Shown piece by piece: positions 63,372 to 64,000 of a stretch of 64,000 bases of DNA. The DNA is from Candidatus Multivorans sp. (GTDB lineage: Bacteria; Acidobacteriota; Thermoanaerobaculia; Multivoradales; Multivoraceae). The notes beneath the pieces were generated by a model, which saw nothing but the letters and a program-made list of their open reading frames with translations, did not search any database and was not told the DNA's origin. The position numbers and the translations under genes are program-made. The stretch spans positions 4,618,048 to 4,682,047 of the forward strand of contig OZ242167.1 in the NCBI GenBank assembly GCA_965205295.1, in the 5' to 3' direction. The first letter of the stretch is position 1. The number at the start of each line of letters is the position of its first letter.

Positions 63372-64000
63372 GTGCAAGTTCCTTCGCGCCCGGGGGACTC
63401 GTTTGTGCCGACGTGGAGCCCTGACAGGCCAGCCGTGGCTTGACCCGTGGGCGCGCTCATAGCGCGGCGTCGCGAGCTATTTCTAGTCCGAAGTTCTGAG
63501 CAGCAAGATGGGAAATCCCTTGTAGGTACGGGGCTTGTCGTGGATTCGGGTGTGTCCGGTACGACGCGGTTTCTGGTCAGCGTGGCGAGGTCGTCGATGA
63601 GGGTGTGGAAGCTGTGCACGGGGAATCCGTCGGGGGTGCGGCCGGAGTTGGCCTTGGTCCTTGCGGCGGTCGATTTCCGCGCCGGCTGGACGGGCGACGC
63701 GCGGTCGTCGGTCTTGCGGTGGTCGTCGAAGAGGATGGGCGCGAGGCGTCTTCGCATGTGCCACTCGACGTAGTAGGCGAGGACGCAGAGGAGGACATGG
63801 GCGCGCACGCGGCCGGCGAGCCGGTGATGCACGGGGCGCACCTTGAGGTCGACGCTCTTGAGGCAGCGGAAGGCTCGTTCGACGCGGCTGAGGCTCTTGT
63901 AGGAGCGGACGGCCTCGTCGGCGGGCAGGTCGGCCTCCGGGACGTTGGTTCGGATGACGTAGAGGCCGTCGAGGGCGGCTTCCTTGTCGATGCGCTCTTC
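63215..64000 (-). mobile_element. IS1634/IS4-like DDE transposase, C-terminal part only (gene continues beyond window end)
   Basis: The reverse strand, open from 64000, reads EERIDKEAALDGLYVIRTNVPEADLPADEAVRSYKSLSRVERAFRCLKSVDLKVRPVHHRLAGRVRAHVLLCVLAYYVEWHMRRRL..FHTLIDDLATLTRNRV... The frame runs on to 63215 and overlaps the methyltransferase 3' end. The true stop or IS end is therefore probably nearer 63.4-63.5 kb. IS terminal repeats were not identified. Confidence 0.65.

Overview
High-GC (roughly 65-70% by eye) bacterial chromosomal window. I saw no rRNA, tRNA or CRISPR. The supplied ORF track is dominated by antisense and alternative-frame shadow ORFs, so I re-derived frames and starts by reading the sequence. 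The main feature is a ~24 kb island (about 10.9-34.6 kb) with six same-strand (minus) paralogous genes for secreted proteins. Their architecture is: signal peptide, uncharacterised N-terminal module (present twice in the two giant members), 1 to 21 fibronectin type III (FN3) repeats, a Pro-rich/(PE)n linker (absent in paralog C), a PKD-like domain, and a conserved ~110 aa Cys-containing C-terminal domain. About 40 FN3 modules occur in total, as near-identical 297-bp tandem repeats. The largest member (~8.2 kb) is broken by a net +2 indel inside a near-perfect 0.9 kb internal duplication. The paralogs share a conserved ~21-bp upstream element. Two of them also share dyad-symmetric elements around the start codon. 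The array is interleaved with a split copC/copD operon, and copC/copD relics are carried in the repeated intergenic units. Other points of interest: (1) an AhpD/CMD-like gene with an in-frame TGA exactly at the second Cys of the CxxC motif, followed by a SECIS-like hairpin (candidate selenoprotein, but it also needs a 1-nt homopolymer correction); (2) a DUF547 - radical SAM/SPASM fusion; (3) a four-member family of exported proteins, one fused to a TonB C-terminal domain; (4) a haem-c/copper-monooxygenase-like + rhodanese + TonB-dependent receptor operon; (5) a YhcG/DUF1016 nuclease cassette flanked by 53-bp direct repeats that duplicate the 5' end of a VOC gene; (6) two decayed membrane glycosyltransferase-like pseudogenes; (7) a lower-GC Rsm22-like methyltransferase next to a truncated IS1634/IS4-like transposase at the window end. 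The rest is housekeeping or accessory: tricorn protease, TIM-barrel isomerase, DUF2911, beta-propeller lipoprotein, Nramp-like transporter, SDR epimerase, PQQ dehydrogenase, DUF6152, two TonB-dependent receptors, PhoD and an amidase. All family assignments come from motif recognition by eye. No database search was run.
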